Below are positions 50,727 to 60,067 of a stretch of 64,000 nucleotides of DNA, piece by piece. Numbering within the stretch: position 1 is the stretch's first letter; every line of letters begins with the position of its first letter. The notes under the pieces were generated by a model that made no database searches, had not been told where the DNA came from, and worked only from the letters and a program-made list of their open reading frames with translations. Source of the stretch: Candidatus Limnocylindrales bacterium (GTDB taxonomy: Bacteria; Moduliflexota; Moduliflexia; Moduliflexales; JAUQPW01); assembly GCA_035559535.1 (NCBI GenBank), contig DATMBG010000022.1, positions 1 through 64,000 on the forward strand. The letters are read 5' to 3'. The translations under genes were made by a program, and so were the position numbers.

Positions 50727-51629
50727 TTAAACTTCCAGTTCTACATAAACGGGAACATGATCTGAACCCGGCAAATGCGAGGTATGAGGAAGGGTAATCT
50801 TCTTTGCCTGATGGATAGATCTTATACCTTTAGCCAGGATATGATCGGTCTTTTGGCGGAAGTGGAATCCCAGGAATTTACCAAGGGTTAGAAAATGTCT
50901 GGAAGGGTCATCGGGATCGATATGGGAGAAAAGGTCACTGGTCCAGTCTATGGTCTCTGAGCAGTCTATATACCCCTGATTCAGGGCTATTTCTAGCACA
51001 CTTTGCGTATTCTTTCGGGCTTTGGGGGAACAAAACTCGCCTATGGTATTCAAGTCCCCACAGATGATATCCACATCGACTTTTTGCCGAGAATTTAAAA
51101 ACTTCAGAACGTGTTGAAGTTGGGCTCGCCGGTGGAGGGGACCCCCTGCAAAATCCATATGAACATTGGTAATCCGGATAAAGTAGCTCTTCAAACCTTC
51201 CTCTCCTTCCTTCGAAGGGAAGGGAAACGAAGGATCGGGTTGGGGGGATACCCGAAAGGTTTGGACAAAAGCCGATTTGGTATCCGGGGCTCCCCCTTCG
51301 GTCTTCTGTTTTTCGTACCACTTTAACCGACTAACCCGGGGAAGGGGAATCACTTCTTCGGCCATAGAAACCCAGTTTTCTTTAAAGATAAATCCATTTC
51401 CATACTCTTTATCCGGATAGGTCATCACTTTCCGATAACTCCATCGATATCCTTTTGGAAAACCTCGGAAAAGTCTGGAAAGTGTATTCTCCCCATTTTT
51501 AGGTATACAGGCTTCCTGAACAGCAATAACGTCTGCCTGTTGAAACTCCGGAATGGAGGTAAAGTGGGAAAAGAGACTATCGAAAGCAATACCTCGTTGG
51601 ATGTTATAGGTAATCAATTTGAGAATCAT
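50727..51629 (-). CDS. Endonuclease/exonuclease/phosphatase (EEP) family protein
   Basis: LITYNI, DVIAVQE, YGNG, NVH, ICGDLN, DHI and SDHVPV motifs. Confidence 0.85.
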   Translation of the reverse strand: MILKLITYNIQRGIAFDSLFSHFTSIPEFQQADVIAVQEACIPKNGENTLSRLFRGFPKGYRWSYRKVMTYPDKEYGNGFIFKENWVSMAEEVIPLPRVSRLKWYEKQKTEGGAPDTKSAFVQTFRVSPQPDPSFPFPSKEGEEGLKSYFIRITNVHMDFAGGPLHRRAQLQHVLKFLNSRQKVDVDIICGDLNTIGEFCSPKARKNTQSVLEIALNQGYIDCSETIDWTSDLFSHIDPDDPSRHFLTLGKFLGFHFRQKTDHILAKGIRSIHQAKKITLPHTSHLPGSDHVPVYVELEV

Positions 51630-51762
51630 ACTCCGGAGTCTGAGGCCGGAAGTAGGTAAAACGCCCTCGTTTAAGGTTATCAGACAGGCTTCTGAGCCGT
51701 TCAAAAAAGGTTTCAGGCCCTATCTCCCGGCTTCTCCAACGATCAGAGAAGGGTAAACGGTA

Positions 51763-52842
51763 TTAATAGGCAACAGCCTCTCCGGTTTCCAGAATCTTTA
51801 CGCGAATACCTTCTAATTTCTGGGGAATGACCCGTTGCATTTCTTGTACAGGTCTTTTGACATACACTTCGATGGCAACCTGGTCGGGTGCGATATCCGA
51901 GAGTCCTATTCCTATTCCAACAACGCCATCTTCATTAAGGATAGCCTCTTCATAACGTTCTTTAATCTTTCTGGCTGCTTCTATGAGTTTGGACGGGATT
52001 CCATAGGTTGGCTCCCCGGTTTCCGGAGAGGTCCGTGACGTGCTACAAAAACCTCCTACGCCTACCATACTCACATTCAAGGTAGATAGAACGCTTCCGA
52101 TGGGATTGGCTAAAGTTCCAGTTCGGTCCCCAGCAAATAGAAGGCCTACGGCTCTTGGGGAAGATGAGCAGTTTTCCACGACAAGGGCACCTGAATCCCC
52201 ACTGGCACTGAAACTCCCCGGGGCAATCCGGATTTGATTGATAAACTTTGCTGATTTAAGAGGAAACCCGAAACAATTTTTAGGGTATGAAATTTTTGCC
52301 GTTACATTCACAGCCGTAATCGTTCCGGTAGTCAAACCCGTCGTACGGCCACTTTTTTTAACCGGCATATTCAAAGCCGGGGCCGCAATGTAGCTGCTCA
52401 CGTTTCCTATCCCGGCAATAGAACCAGATTGATTAACTTTTCCACTTTCAACAGAGGCAATGGCAGCATCTACGGTATTGGGAGTATTTTTTGAGAAGAG
52501 AATAGGCACAAACGCCCAAAGGTTAGCGACCTCATCTGAAGAATCTCTGGAGCAGGTAGGCGTCTGGTCCAAAGACCCGGGTTGAATGATTGCCTCACCG
52601 GCTAAACCCCGGTTAATTCTCGCCAGAACATGATTGTTACTTAAAATATATTGGCTTCCAAAGATATCCTGGACCAAAGCTCCCAGGGTTCCGGCACCAC
52701 AACAATCTTTGATATTTGCTCCAGATGTACCCAATAAAATAGGACGGGACTGTTTATTCCTGTCCCCCCAGGCAACTTGAGCAAGGAACAGAATTATCAG
52801 AATGGAAAGTGATAAAGTGACTTTCTTACCATATGGTTTCAT
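51763..52842 (-). CDS. Secreted trypsin-like (Nal1-like) serine protease
   Basis: Signal peptide; triad motifs LSNNHV, VDAAIA and SGDSGA; KSGRTTGLTTG and VGLLFAG. Confidence 0.8.
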   Translation of the reverse strand: MKPYGKKVTLSLSILIILFLAQVAWGDRNKQSRPILLGTSGANIKDCCGAGTLGALVQDIFGSQYILSNNHVLARINRGLAGEAIIQPGSLDQTPTCSRDSSDEVANLWAFVPILFSKNTPNTVDAAIASVESGKVNQSGSIAGIGNVSSYIAAPALNMPVKKSGRTTGLTTGTITAVNVTAKISYPKNCFGFPLKSAKFINQIRIAPGSFSASGDSGALVVENCSSSPRAVGLLFAGDRTGTLANPIGSVLSTLNVSMVGVGGFCSTSRTSPETGEPTYGIPSKLIEAARKIKERYEEAILNEDGVVGIGIGLSDIAPDQVAIEVYVKRPVQEMQRVIPQKLEGIRVKILETGEAVAY

Positions 52843-53033
52843 AGTTTAAAAAAAGTATTGCCTGGACACATGCCTTGGGTTCAATTAGCCAGAACCGGTT
52901 CATAGGATCTTGGGATGATAGAGACCTTTATCCGGCTAATCCAACGGAATGCCAGGTCCTGAGTATAAAGTTTTAAAGCAAGAACAGGTCTTGTGCTTGT
53001 CCTCAAGGTCTCTCAAGATTATCTGAGATCCTT

Positions 53034-53079
53034 ATCAGATCCCTCCGGGATTTTTAAAAATCTGGAAGGGTATCTGATG
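53034..53079. terminator. Long imperfect hairpin downstream of gspK
   Basis: ATCAGATCCCTCCGGGATTTTT-AAAAATCTGGAAGGGTATCTGAT. Confidence 0.4.
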
Positions 53080-53156
53080 GGCATTTTTAGAACCTTCTTG
53101 GGTTTGGGATCCGGGAGGTTGAGGACAGTGATAACTCACCCATCCTGTTGGACACT

Positions 53157-54155
53157 TTACGGTTGAAAATTATCATTCCAATAAAGAATCTTAAATCCGG
53201 AATTTGGATTCACATACTCCACCACCGCTTTAATGGTGCGGCCGACGGAATCATTTTTCAACCTGCCGGTAGACAGGATAGTAAAATGGGAAGACTTTAC
53301 AATACCTGCATACTTAGGTTGCTTGAAATAACCTTCCTTTTTTCTTTCATCCAGGAGAAGGTCTGCAGTTTTTGATTTATACCTGGCACGGATAACGGGC
53401 TCACTGGCCGTATTGATGTTAATCTGCCCCGAACTATCCGTGGTAAGATACTGAGCGATTCCCGTATAGGTAGGTTTTTTTTCACCTTTATCCCGGGAAG
53501 GACTATTCGGATCGGTCCCATACAGAATTTCCCGGGTCATCCCTTTAACTAAAAGTAATTCCTCGATGGTATCAAAGTTGGCGTCCTTTGCTTCATAGGG
53601 AGGATCCAGCGTTTCATAGTAATCATCTTCAGCCCCATTTAGCAGGTGATTATGGTCGGGATCTCGCCAATCAATAATAGAATCGGCAATGGTATCCCGG
53701 ATCATTTGATCTTCCACCCCCGAAATGGTAAGCAGTTCTACGAGAACCTGACGGCTAACTAAATTAATATTCAATTTTCTCTCCTCATCTTCGATGGTGT
53801 ACGAAAAAGTTCCCTTCCCCAAGGGAATCTCAGAGGAGTTCTCTGTGGTCTTGACTTCCTGTGATGCGTTCCCGGATTTTTCCTCCGGTTGAGGTTGATC
53901 CCGCAGCTTACCAAATTTCAGATGCCCGTTTTCATCCAGATAGTGAAAATCCACTTCCCCGCCGATTTCTGCCAAAGCTCGATGAATTCCGGCTTCGGCT
54001 AAATAGTATCGCTCCATTTCCTCTTTAAAATTGGTGACCACATTCAATTCAGTACCTACATAATGGGAGAATTCAGAAGCCATGACCATGAGCAGGACTA
54101 CCACCAGAAGAGAGATAATTAATGCCACCCCCGACTCAGACTGCATATTTAACAC
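53157..54155 (-). CDS. gspK: Type II secretion minor pseudopilin GspK
   Basis: SGVALIISLL prepilin site, YLAEAGI, DEERKLNIN, IIDWRDPD, GAEDDYY, EELLLVKG and ININTAS motifs. Confidence 0.9.
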   Translation of the reverse strand: MLNMQSESGVALIISLLVVVLLMVMASEFSHYVGTELNVVTNFKEEMERYYLAEAGIHRALAEIGGEVDFHYLDENGHLKFGKLRDQPQPEEKSGNASQEVKTTENSSEIPLGKGTFSYTIEDEERKLNINLVSRQVLVELLTISGVEDQMIRDTIADSIIDWRDPDHNHLLNGAEDDYYETLDPPYEAKDANFDTIEELLLVKGMTREILYGTDPNSPSRDKGEKKPTYTGIAQYLTTDSSGQININTASEPVIRARYKSKTADLLLDERKKEGYFKQPKYAGIVKSSHFTILSTGRLKNDSVGRTIKAVVEYVNPNSGFKILYWNDNFQP

Positions 54156-54240
54156 CTCACCTCCCTGTGAGGACGAAAATTTGCAAATTATGTTCCCGGT
54201 TATTTACTTTATTTTCGCTTGTTTTGGCAAACAAGGATTT

Positions 54241-54256
54241 TGGCATAACTTCTGCT
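54241..54256 (+). promoter_or_regulatory. Putative sigma54 (-24/-12) promoter upstream of the gspL-like gene
   Basis: TGGCATAACTTCTGCT: GG and GC at the canonical TGGCAC-N5-TTGC spacing. Confidence 0.5.
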
Positions 54257-54367
54257 AAGGTTATTCTTGACAGATAACTGTTTCATTTTTTATGATTCTT
54301 TCTTATATTTTTATTGTTCTCCTCTATAAATATAAATCAGGTTTTGGAAAGTAAATAAATTATTTAT

Positions 54368-56110
54368 ATGGCACGTTCTACCTATCCAAATAAAAAGGGT
54401 CTCGGGATAAGTCTTGAAGATGGCCTTTTAACGGCCTTTTACTGGAAAAGAAAGGGAAATACCGTTAAAATTATAGATTCCCTTTTCCTCTCCTCTCTTA
54501 TTCTGGATGAATCGGTTACGCTAGGTCCTGAAGATTACCAGAAATTAACCGAATTCTTGCACCAATATGGGTCTAAATCTGAGGAGGTTATTGTGGAGAT
54601 CCCAAGGAATACCGTCCTGGTTAGATATCTTAAACTTCCCTCACTCTCTGATCAAGATCTCGAACAAATGTTGAGTTATGAAGTCGAGCGGCATATTCCT
54701 TTCTCCAAATCGGATATCTATTATGATTCTCAAGCTTTGAATCGGGATGAGAAGGAAGCCCGGGTTCTTTTGGTTGCGGCAAAAAAACACCTGGTGGATG
54801 CCTGCCTGGACCTTGTTAAAACTGATAAGGTTAAACCCACGGCGGTTTTTGTTTCTTCCTTTTCCCTTCTGAATCTCCTGCTAACTCAATATGCAGGCGA
54901 GATAAAACCCGTTGATGGATCATTCTCCCCTTCTCCCATAGGGATTGTAGATATTACTCCCCATCATATAGAAGTTAATTTCTTGTGTGGTAAAAATCTG
55001 GAAAATTCCTTTATCCTTCCGATCCGGGAAAAACCCTGGCAGGAACTTCTCAAGAAGATGCCCGGTAAGCCGGAGAAAATCGATGAAGAATTTGATCATT
55101 GGATCAACCTGGGAGATGTCCCTCCATTGTCTGAATCCCAGGAAACCACCGGATTACCTGCAGAAAACGGGGATTATCTTCTTCAAAGTTTTATAAAATG
55201 GGTGATCAGCGAAGTGGGTAAAGCTTTATTAAAGCACGAATTCATGGGAAAGGGGCGGGTTGAAAAATTAATCCTTATTCAATCGAGAATCCTGGATGTA
55301 GAACTTGAACCTGTCTTTAGGCAATACCTGGATATTCCCGTGGAGGTTGCAGACTTTTCTCGGATTCTTAAAGTTAAGAAGAGTCCTCAAATGGCTCTCC
55401 TCTGTTCTAAGGCAGGACTTACCTTAAAAGATACAGAAGCCGAGTATTTTAGGTTAGACCTCTTTCCTCGATTTCTAGAAGTTGCGAAACCCCCCAAACT
55501 TTATCTGACGGCAACTCTGGTTACTCTCATATTCCTTCTGCTGGGAGGAACTTATCTGGGTAAGTGTTATAAAGATAGAAAAGCGCTTCATTGGGTTCAA
55601 CAAGAAATAATCTCTATGGAACCTCAAGTAAAATCTGCCATTGAGATGAAGAACCAATTCAGGGGTTTAAAGGAGCAGATCGAAACATTGGCCAATATAG
55701 AAAACCAGGGCCCCAGTATGCTGGATATTTTAAAGGAGTTGACTTTGAAAACTCCGGAATATGCCTGGCTAAAAGGGATCAAAGTTGTAGACACCAAGGT
55801 TGATATCTGGGGATATAGTAATCATAGCAAAGGAGGTCAGGCTTCGGATCTTATTCGTCTTTTCTCAGATTCGGTTCTTTTTGAAAAACCCAGCTTTTCA
55901 GAACCCATTCAAACCATCCGGCAGGATACAGAAACTTTTAAAATGACCATGGAAATCAGTAAACTCAAACAGCGGCAAAAGACTTCAGAAGAAACCTCCC
56001 ATGAAAAATCCAGTAAGAAAGTTGAAAAAGATAAGGAAGATCGATCCGTTACCCTGACTTCTAATCCGGTGAATAAACCGAATACTTCACCTGCCCGCCT
56101 GACGGAGTAG
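54368..56110 (+). CDS. GspL-like PilM-PilN fusion (T2SS inner-membrane platform)
   Basis: Actin-like N domain (VLVRYLKLP...YEVERHIPF...VLLVAAKK), single TM, PilN-like C domain (LDILKELT...AWLKGI...IWGYS). Confidence 0.75.
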   Translation: MARSTYPNKKGLGISLEDGLLTAFYWKRKGNTVKIIDSLFLSSLILDESVTLGPEDYQKLTEFLHQYGSKSEEVIVEIPRNTVLVRYLKLPSLSDQDLEQMLSYEVERHIPFSKSDIYYDSQALNRDEKEARVLLVAAKKHLVDACLDLVKTDKVKPTAVFVSSFSLLNLLLTQYAGEIKPVDGSFSPSPIGIVDITPHHIEVNFLCGKNLENSFILPIREKPWQELLKKMPGKPEKIDEEFDHWINLGDVPPLSESQETTGLPAENGDYLLQSFIKWVISEVGKALLKHEFMGKGRVEKLILIQSRILDVELEPVFRQYLDIPVEVADFSRILKVKKSPQMALLCSKAGLTLKDTEAEYFRLDLFPRFLEVAKPPKLYLTATLVTLIFLLLGGTYLGKCYKDRKALHWVQQEIISMEPQVKSAIEMKNQFRGLKEQIETLANIENQGPSMLDILKELTLKTPEYAWLKGIKVVDTKVDIWGYSNHSKGGQASDLIRLFSDSVLFEKPSFSEPIQTIRQDTETFKMTMEISKLKQRQKTSEETSHEKSSKKVEKDKEDRSVTLTSNPVNKPNTSPARLTE

Positions 56111-56178
56111 GAACCTGAAATTTACGGTTAAATTCACCGAGGTTTTACCACTTTCCAGGGGGTTTGATACAAGGTAGA

Positions 56179-56739
56179 ATGAAAAAAAGAACTTATATCC
56201 TGAGAGAAAAATTATTTATTCTGGCCGGGATCCTGGCTGTAGGATATTTTGGCTATACCTATTTCCTGGAGCCGTTTTTAACTAAGCAACAGGAAGTAGA
56301 ACGGGAATTGAAGGCCAACATGGAGATTTTGACCCGATACAAACGGATGGTTGCAGAGAAACCAAAATTAGAAGCAGAGATTAAAGCGGCGGAAGATCAG
56401 TTAAAAGATCTGGATAAACGCTTTCTCTCCGGTTCAGAACCGGCTCTAGCTGCTTCAGAACTTCAAAAGCTGTTAAGGGAAGTAGCCGCTAAAGTTGGTA
56501 TAGAAATACAACGGGAGAATCCTATCAAAAAGACTGAAGACGTAAAGATGTACCTCAAAATTCCCGTTAATATTCAATTCACCACCGATGTAAACAAACT
56601 CATTCGTTTCCTTTATGAGGTGGAGAATCATACCAAGTTATTAAAAATTTCCGAAATGCAGATTCAAGTCCATGATGAAATTAATGCACGGGCTATCTTT
56701 GTAGATTTGACCATAGCGGGAATAGCCAAAAAAACCTAG
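56179..56739 (+). CDS. GspM/PilO-like platform protein
   Basis: LREK plus TM, coiled coil, AASELQ and LIRFLYEVEN motifs; follows the GspL-like gene. Confidence 0.75.
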   Translation: MKKRTYILREKLFILAGILAVGYFGYTYFLEPFLTKQQEVERELKANMEILTRYKRMVAEKPKLEAEIKAAEDQLKDLDKRFLSGSEPALAASELQKLLREVAAKVGIEIQRENPIKKTEDVKMYLKIPVNIQFTTDVNKLIRFLYEVENHTKLLKISEMQIQVHDEINARAIFVDLTIAGIAKKT

Positions 56740-56879
56740 ATCTGAAAACCAGGAAGACCATTTTATAGGCTAGGCACTTGGGGCTACAAAGACCCCGAGG
56801 TCGGTGACAAAAATAAATTTTAATTTGAAATGGTCGGGTGTTTTTGTGGCTACAGAAAGGTTATCCAAATAAAAATAAG

Positions 56880-57857
56880 ATGTTAAAGAAAAGTTACATC
56901 ACTTTATTGAATCTTTTTCTTCTTGTTGTCTTTTCCTATGCTGCCGTTAAAGCCGCTCAAGTATGGTGGCCCTCTGAGCTTATTAAAGATGAAAAGTTAG
57001 AAGAGAGGAACCTTCCGACCAAGATAGAAAAAACGGAAATAGCCAGAAAGGTTAAACTGGCCCTTTCAGATTATGAAGTGATAGAGGAGCAAAATTTATT
57101 TCACCATACCCGGAAAAAACTTGCAGAGGCCCCTCCACCAACTCCGGCTCCTCAGGTTGCTACGTTTCCGACCCCTCAACCGACTCCTACGCCTCAACCG
57201 GAGATTATCAACCCTCCCAGCGTGGTTTTTTATGGGACGAGTCGAGAAGATGGAAATATGTATGCCTTGATTCAGAGTAAGTCCGAGCAAAAACCTCGAA
57301 AATACAACCTGAATGAAGAAGTCGACGGGTATAAGATTACCGATATTAAACGAAGTCAGGTGACGTTATCCCGGCAAGGGAAGGACTTTTCCATTAAACT
57401 CTGGGAACCCAATCCCAAGAAAAACGCTGGAACACCTCCTATCCAACAACCGGTAATGCAACAACCGGTAATGCAACAACCGAATATTCAGCAACCCATT
57501 ATACAGCCAGGTGTTATACCCACTCCCATTATGCCCGGGGTGACTCCCAACCGAATTAATAGAGGAAGACCGTTGCCTTATCCCAATCCAGGGCAGCAAA
57601 TTCCTCAACCGGCAAATCCCTATATCATTCCGCCGGGACAGGAAGGATATAACATCCAGCAACCTCAGCCGGAGCTGGACCAGGACTTTCAAGATACGGA
57701 GGAGGGAGAAGAAGGGCCTTCCGGGATACCCTCGGGAATACCTAATGTCTCGCCGCCGGTTCCGGTGTTGCCCAATGGAATATCTCCTAACGTACCGGGA
57801 GGAATTCCCTATCCTGTGCCGACACCTATTGTCATTCCTCCAAGATATCATCAATAA
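56880..57857 (+). CDS. GspC-like protein with Pro/Gln-rich C-terminal tail
   Basis: N-terminal TM, YEVIEEQNLF, HR-like domain (FYGT...YALI...GYKITDIKRSQVTL); QQPVM repeats from 15-bp units at 57444-57482. Confidence 0.65.
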   Translation: MLKKSYITLLNLFLLVVFSYAAVKAAQVWWPSELIKDEKLEERNLPTKIEKTEIARKVKLALSDYEVIEEQNLFHHTRKKLAEAPPPTPAPQVATFPTPQPTPTPQPEIINPPSVVFYGTSREDGNMYALIQSKSEQKPRKYNLNEEVDGYKITDIKRSQVTLSRQGKDFSIKLWEPNPKKNAGTPPIQQPVMQQPVMQQPNIQQPIIQPGVIPTPIMPGVTPNRINRGRPLPYPNPGQQIPQPANPYIIPPGQEGYNIQQPQPELDQDFQDTEEGEEGPSGIPSGIPNVSPPVPVLPNGISPNVPGGIPYPVPTPIVIPPRYHQ

Positions 57858-57944
57858 AAGAACCCATGACCTGTTGTTCATGGCCCATCAGGTATGAAGA
57901 GATACACTGGGGACAAAGGACAACGGGAGATGGAGAAGGACGAA

Positions 57945-58739
57945 ATGCGATGGATCCTGGTGTGGTGTCTGTTGTTGGAGATGCTCTCCGGGTGTAATTC
58001 AGAAACAACTTCTTCAGATCCTATAGGACCTACTCGAATTTTAAATGTTCCTTCAGAGTTTGCCACCATTCAGCAGGCTATTAATGAAAGCCGGAGTGGA
58101 GATACGATTCGGGTTGCCCCTGGATTCTATCCAGAAAATCTCACCATCGATTCCAAAGCTATAACCCTCCTGGGAGCCGGACGTGGCTCGAGTATCATTC
58201 AAGGATTCGTTATCTTTAAAACCAGTCAGGGATCTATCAAAGGATTTACCGTTACGGGAGGAACCTCTTCAGGGATTTATTTGGTGAACTCCAACATGAC
58301 CATTACAGGTAATGAAATAGACCAGAATACCCTCTCAGGAATTAAAGTAGAGAACTCTACCGGGTTAATCAGTGACAATCAGATTACGAATAATGGAGAA
58401 GAGGGGGTTCTGGTCGAGGATACTTCGGGATTGGTGATAGGAGGAAATAACATTTTAAACAATAAAACGGATGGAATTACCCTTGACAACTCCTCCCCGA
58501 CGATATTAGACAATATCATACAAAACAACGGAGCAGACGGGATTTCTATTCGGGGGTTTGATCGTTTTTCAGCCCCTTTGCTCACAGGAAATAAAATTCA
58601 GGCCAATGGAAGTGTGGGCAATTTTGATATTGTTTGTTTAGGGCCTCATACCAATCCGACAGGAAATGGGAATCAGTTCGGAAGTTGTTTTAATTGCTCG
58701 GAATGTGCACAACTGGCGGCTCCAGGTGGAGGGCTTTAA
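57945..58739 (+). CDS. Right-handed beta-helix (NosD/DUF1565-like) lipoprotein
   Basis: Lipobox LSGC; VPSEFATIQQAIN...GDTIRVAPGFY; repeated I-x-x-N-x-I-x-x-N units. Confidence 0.78.
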   Translation: MRWILVWCLLLEMLSGCNSETTSSDPIGPTRILNVPSEFATIQQAINESRSGDTIRVAPGFYPENLTIDSKAITLLGAGRGSSIIQGFVIFKTSQGSIKGFTVTGGTSSGIYLVNSNMTITGNEIDQNTLSGIKVENSTGLISDNQITNNGEEGVLVEDTSGLVIGGNNILNNKTDGITLDNSSPTILDNIIQNNGADGISIRGFDRFSAPLLTGNKIQANGSVGNFDIVCLGPHTNPTGNGNQFGSCFNCSECAQLAAPGGGL

Positions 58740-58784
58740 CTGCCTCGTTAACCCCCTTCATAAGGGAGGACTGACCGTATCCTT

Positions 58785-59441
58785 GTGATCCATTATGGAG
58801 GTCTCAAACCGTTGGAAACGAATATAAATCGGAATCGTTTTATTTTCAGAACCACGATTTGGTTTCTGTTGGTCCTGGCCGTACTGGCGAAGGGATGTGG
58901 GGAAAAAGAATTAAATCCCACTCAGCCGGGTGGGGCTGCTGCCGGAAGTGCAAGTTTAGGAGGGGAGGGGGCTGCGTCTATTCAACTTTTTGCAAGCCCC
59001 CCCAGTATCACGGCCACCGAGGGAAGTTCTCCCAGCTTTTCGATTACGGCACTGGTTCTCAATCAATTAGGTAATCCCGTTATCGATGGAACCGTAGTTA
59101 TCTTTACAACAACCTTTGGCACTCTCAGTAGCAATGTGGTAACCACTCAAGGGGGGACGGCTACGGTTACTCTCTCCGGTTTTACAGAAAGTGGGACGGC
59201 TACGGTCACCGCTCAATCGGGTAAGGCTACAGCTTCTATTAAATTACGGATCCAATTTGTTGAACCAACCCCCGGTGAGCCTACACCAGTGCCTACCGAA
59301 ACTCCCACACCCACCAGAACTCCTACAGCCATTCCTACCTCAACACCCATTATTACACCAACTCCCATACCAACCAGAACCCCTACGCCTACGCCCACTC
59401 CTACGCCTACACCTACGCCCACCCCTACACGAACTCCTTAG
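58785..59441 (+). CDS. Ig-like (Big_1/invasin-type) lipoprotein with Pro-Thr tail
   Basis: Lipobox LAKGC; ITALVLNQLGNPVIDGTVVIFTTTFG...GTATVTL; C-terminal (PT)n. The start may be TTG 58812 after GGAGG. Confidence 0.72.
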   Translation: MIHYGGLKPLETNINRNRFIFRTTIWFLLVLAVLAKGCGEKELNPTQPGGAAAGSASLGGEGAASIQLFASPPSITATEGSSPSFSITALVLNQLGNPVIDGTVVIFTTTFGTLSSNVVTTQGGTATVTLSGFTESGTATVTAQSGKATASIKLRIQFVEPTPGEPTPVPTETPTPTRTPTAIPTSTPIITPTPIPTRTPTPTPTPTPTPTPTPTRTP

Positions 59442-59575
59442 CCTTCTTTTCAGAGGGAGCTTTCCTAAACCTGGAGAACTGTTCAAACCTTCAAACTCCG
59501 GAGATAAAACTTTTTTCGCTCCTCAATTTCTACTCTCCCGGTTATAAGCCTTTGCTTCGTCGTTTTTCTTAAATT

Positions 59576-60067
59576 TTAGTCCTTCCAGCTTACAATATCC
59601 TGGTTATAGCCCTCTCCACCCGGTTGTTTATCCGCACCATAGGACAGAATATCAAAATCTCCATGTTCGCCGGGATATCTATAAATATAATCCTGTCCCC
59701 AGGGGTCCTTCCCCAACTCTTTTTCCAGGTAGGGCCCTCTCCAATTATCGGCGTCGGAAGGTTTCTCCCTGAGGGCTTTTAACCCCTCTTCGGTCGTGGG
59801 ATAACGGCCTGTATCCAGTTTAAATAGCTTGACTGCCGTAACCAACTGGTTGATATCATTTTTAGCTCGCAGTTGCCTGGCCTGATCGGTTCTACCGAGA
59901 ATTCTGGGAAGTACCGTGGCCGCAATAATCCCCATAATGGTGATGACCACAATGATCTCCACCAAACTGAACCCCTTTTGAGATTTGAGGTTTAAGGTTT
60001 GGAACTTGAAATTTTTTAATCTATAAAAAATCTGTAGAGTAAACACTTTTATCGGCCATGTCATCAT
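59576..60067 (-). CDS. gspG: Type II secretion major pseudopilin GspG
   Basis: KGFSLVEIIVV prepilin site; FKLDTGRYPTTEEGLKAL, WRGPYL, DPWG and SYGADKQPGGEG motifs. Confidence 0.93.
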   Translation of the reverse strand: MMTWPIKVFTLQIFYRLKNFKFQTLNLKSQKGFSLVEIIVVITIMGIIAATVLPRILGRTDQARQLRAKNDINQLVTAVKLFKLDTGRYPTTEEGLKALREKPSDADNWRGPYLEKELGKDPWGQDYIYRYPGEHGDFDILSYGADKQPGGEGYNQDIVSWKD

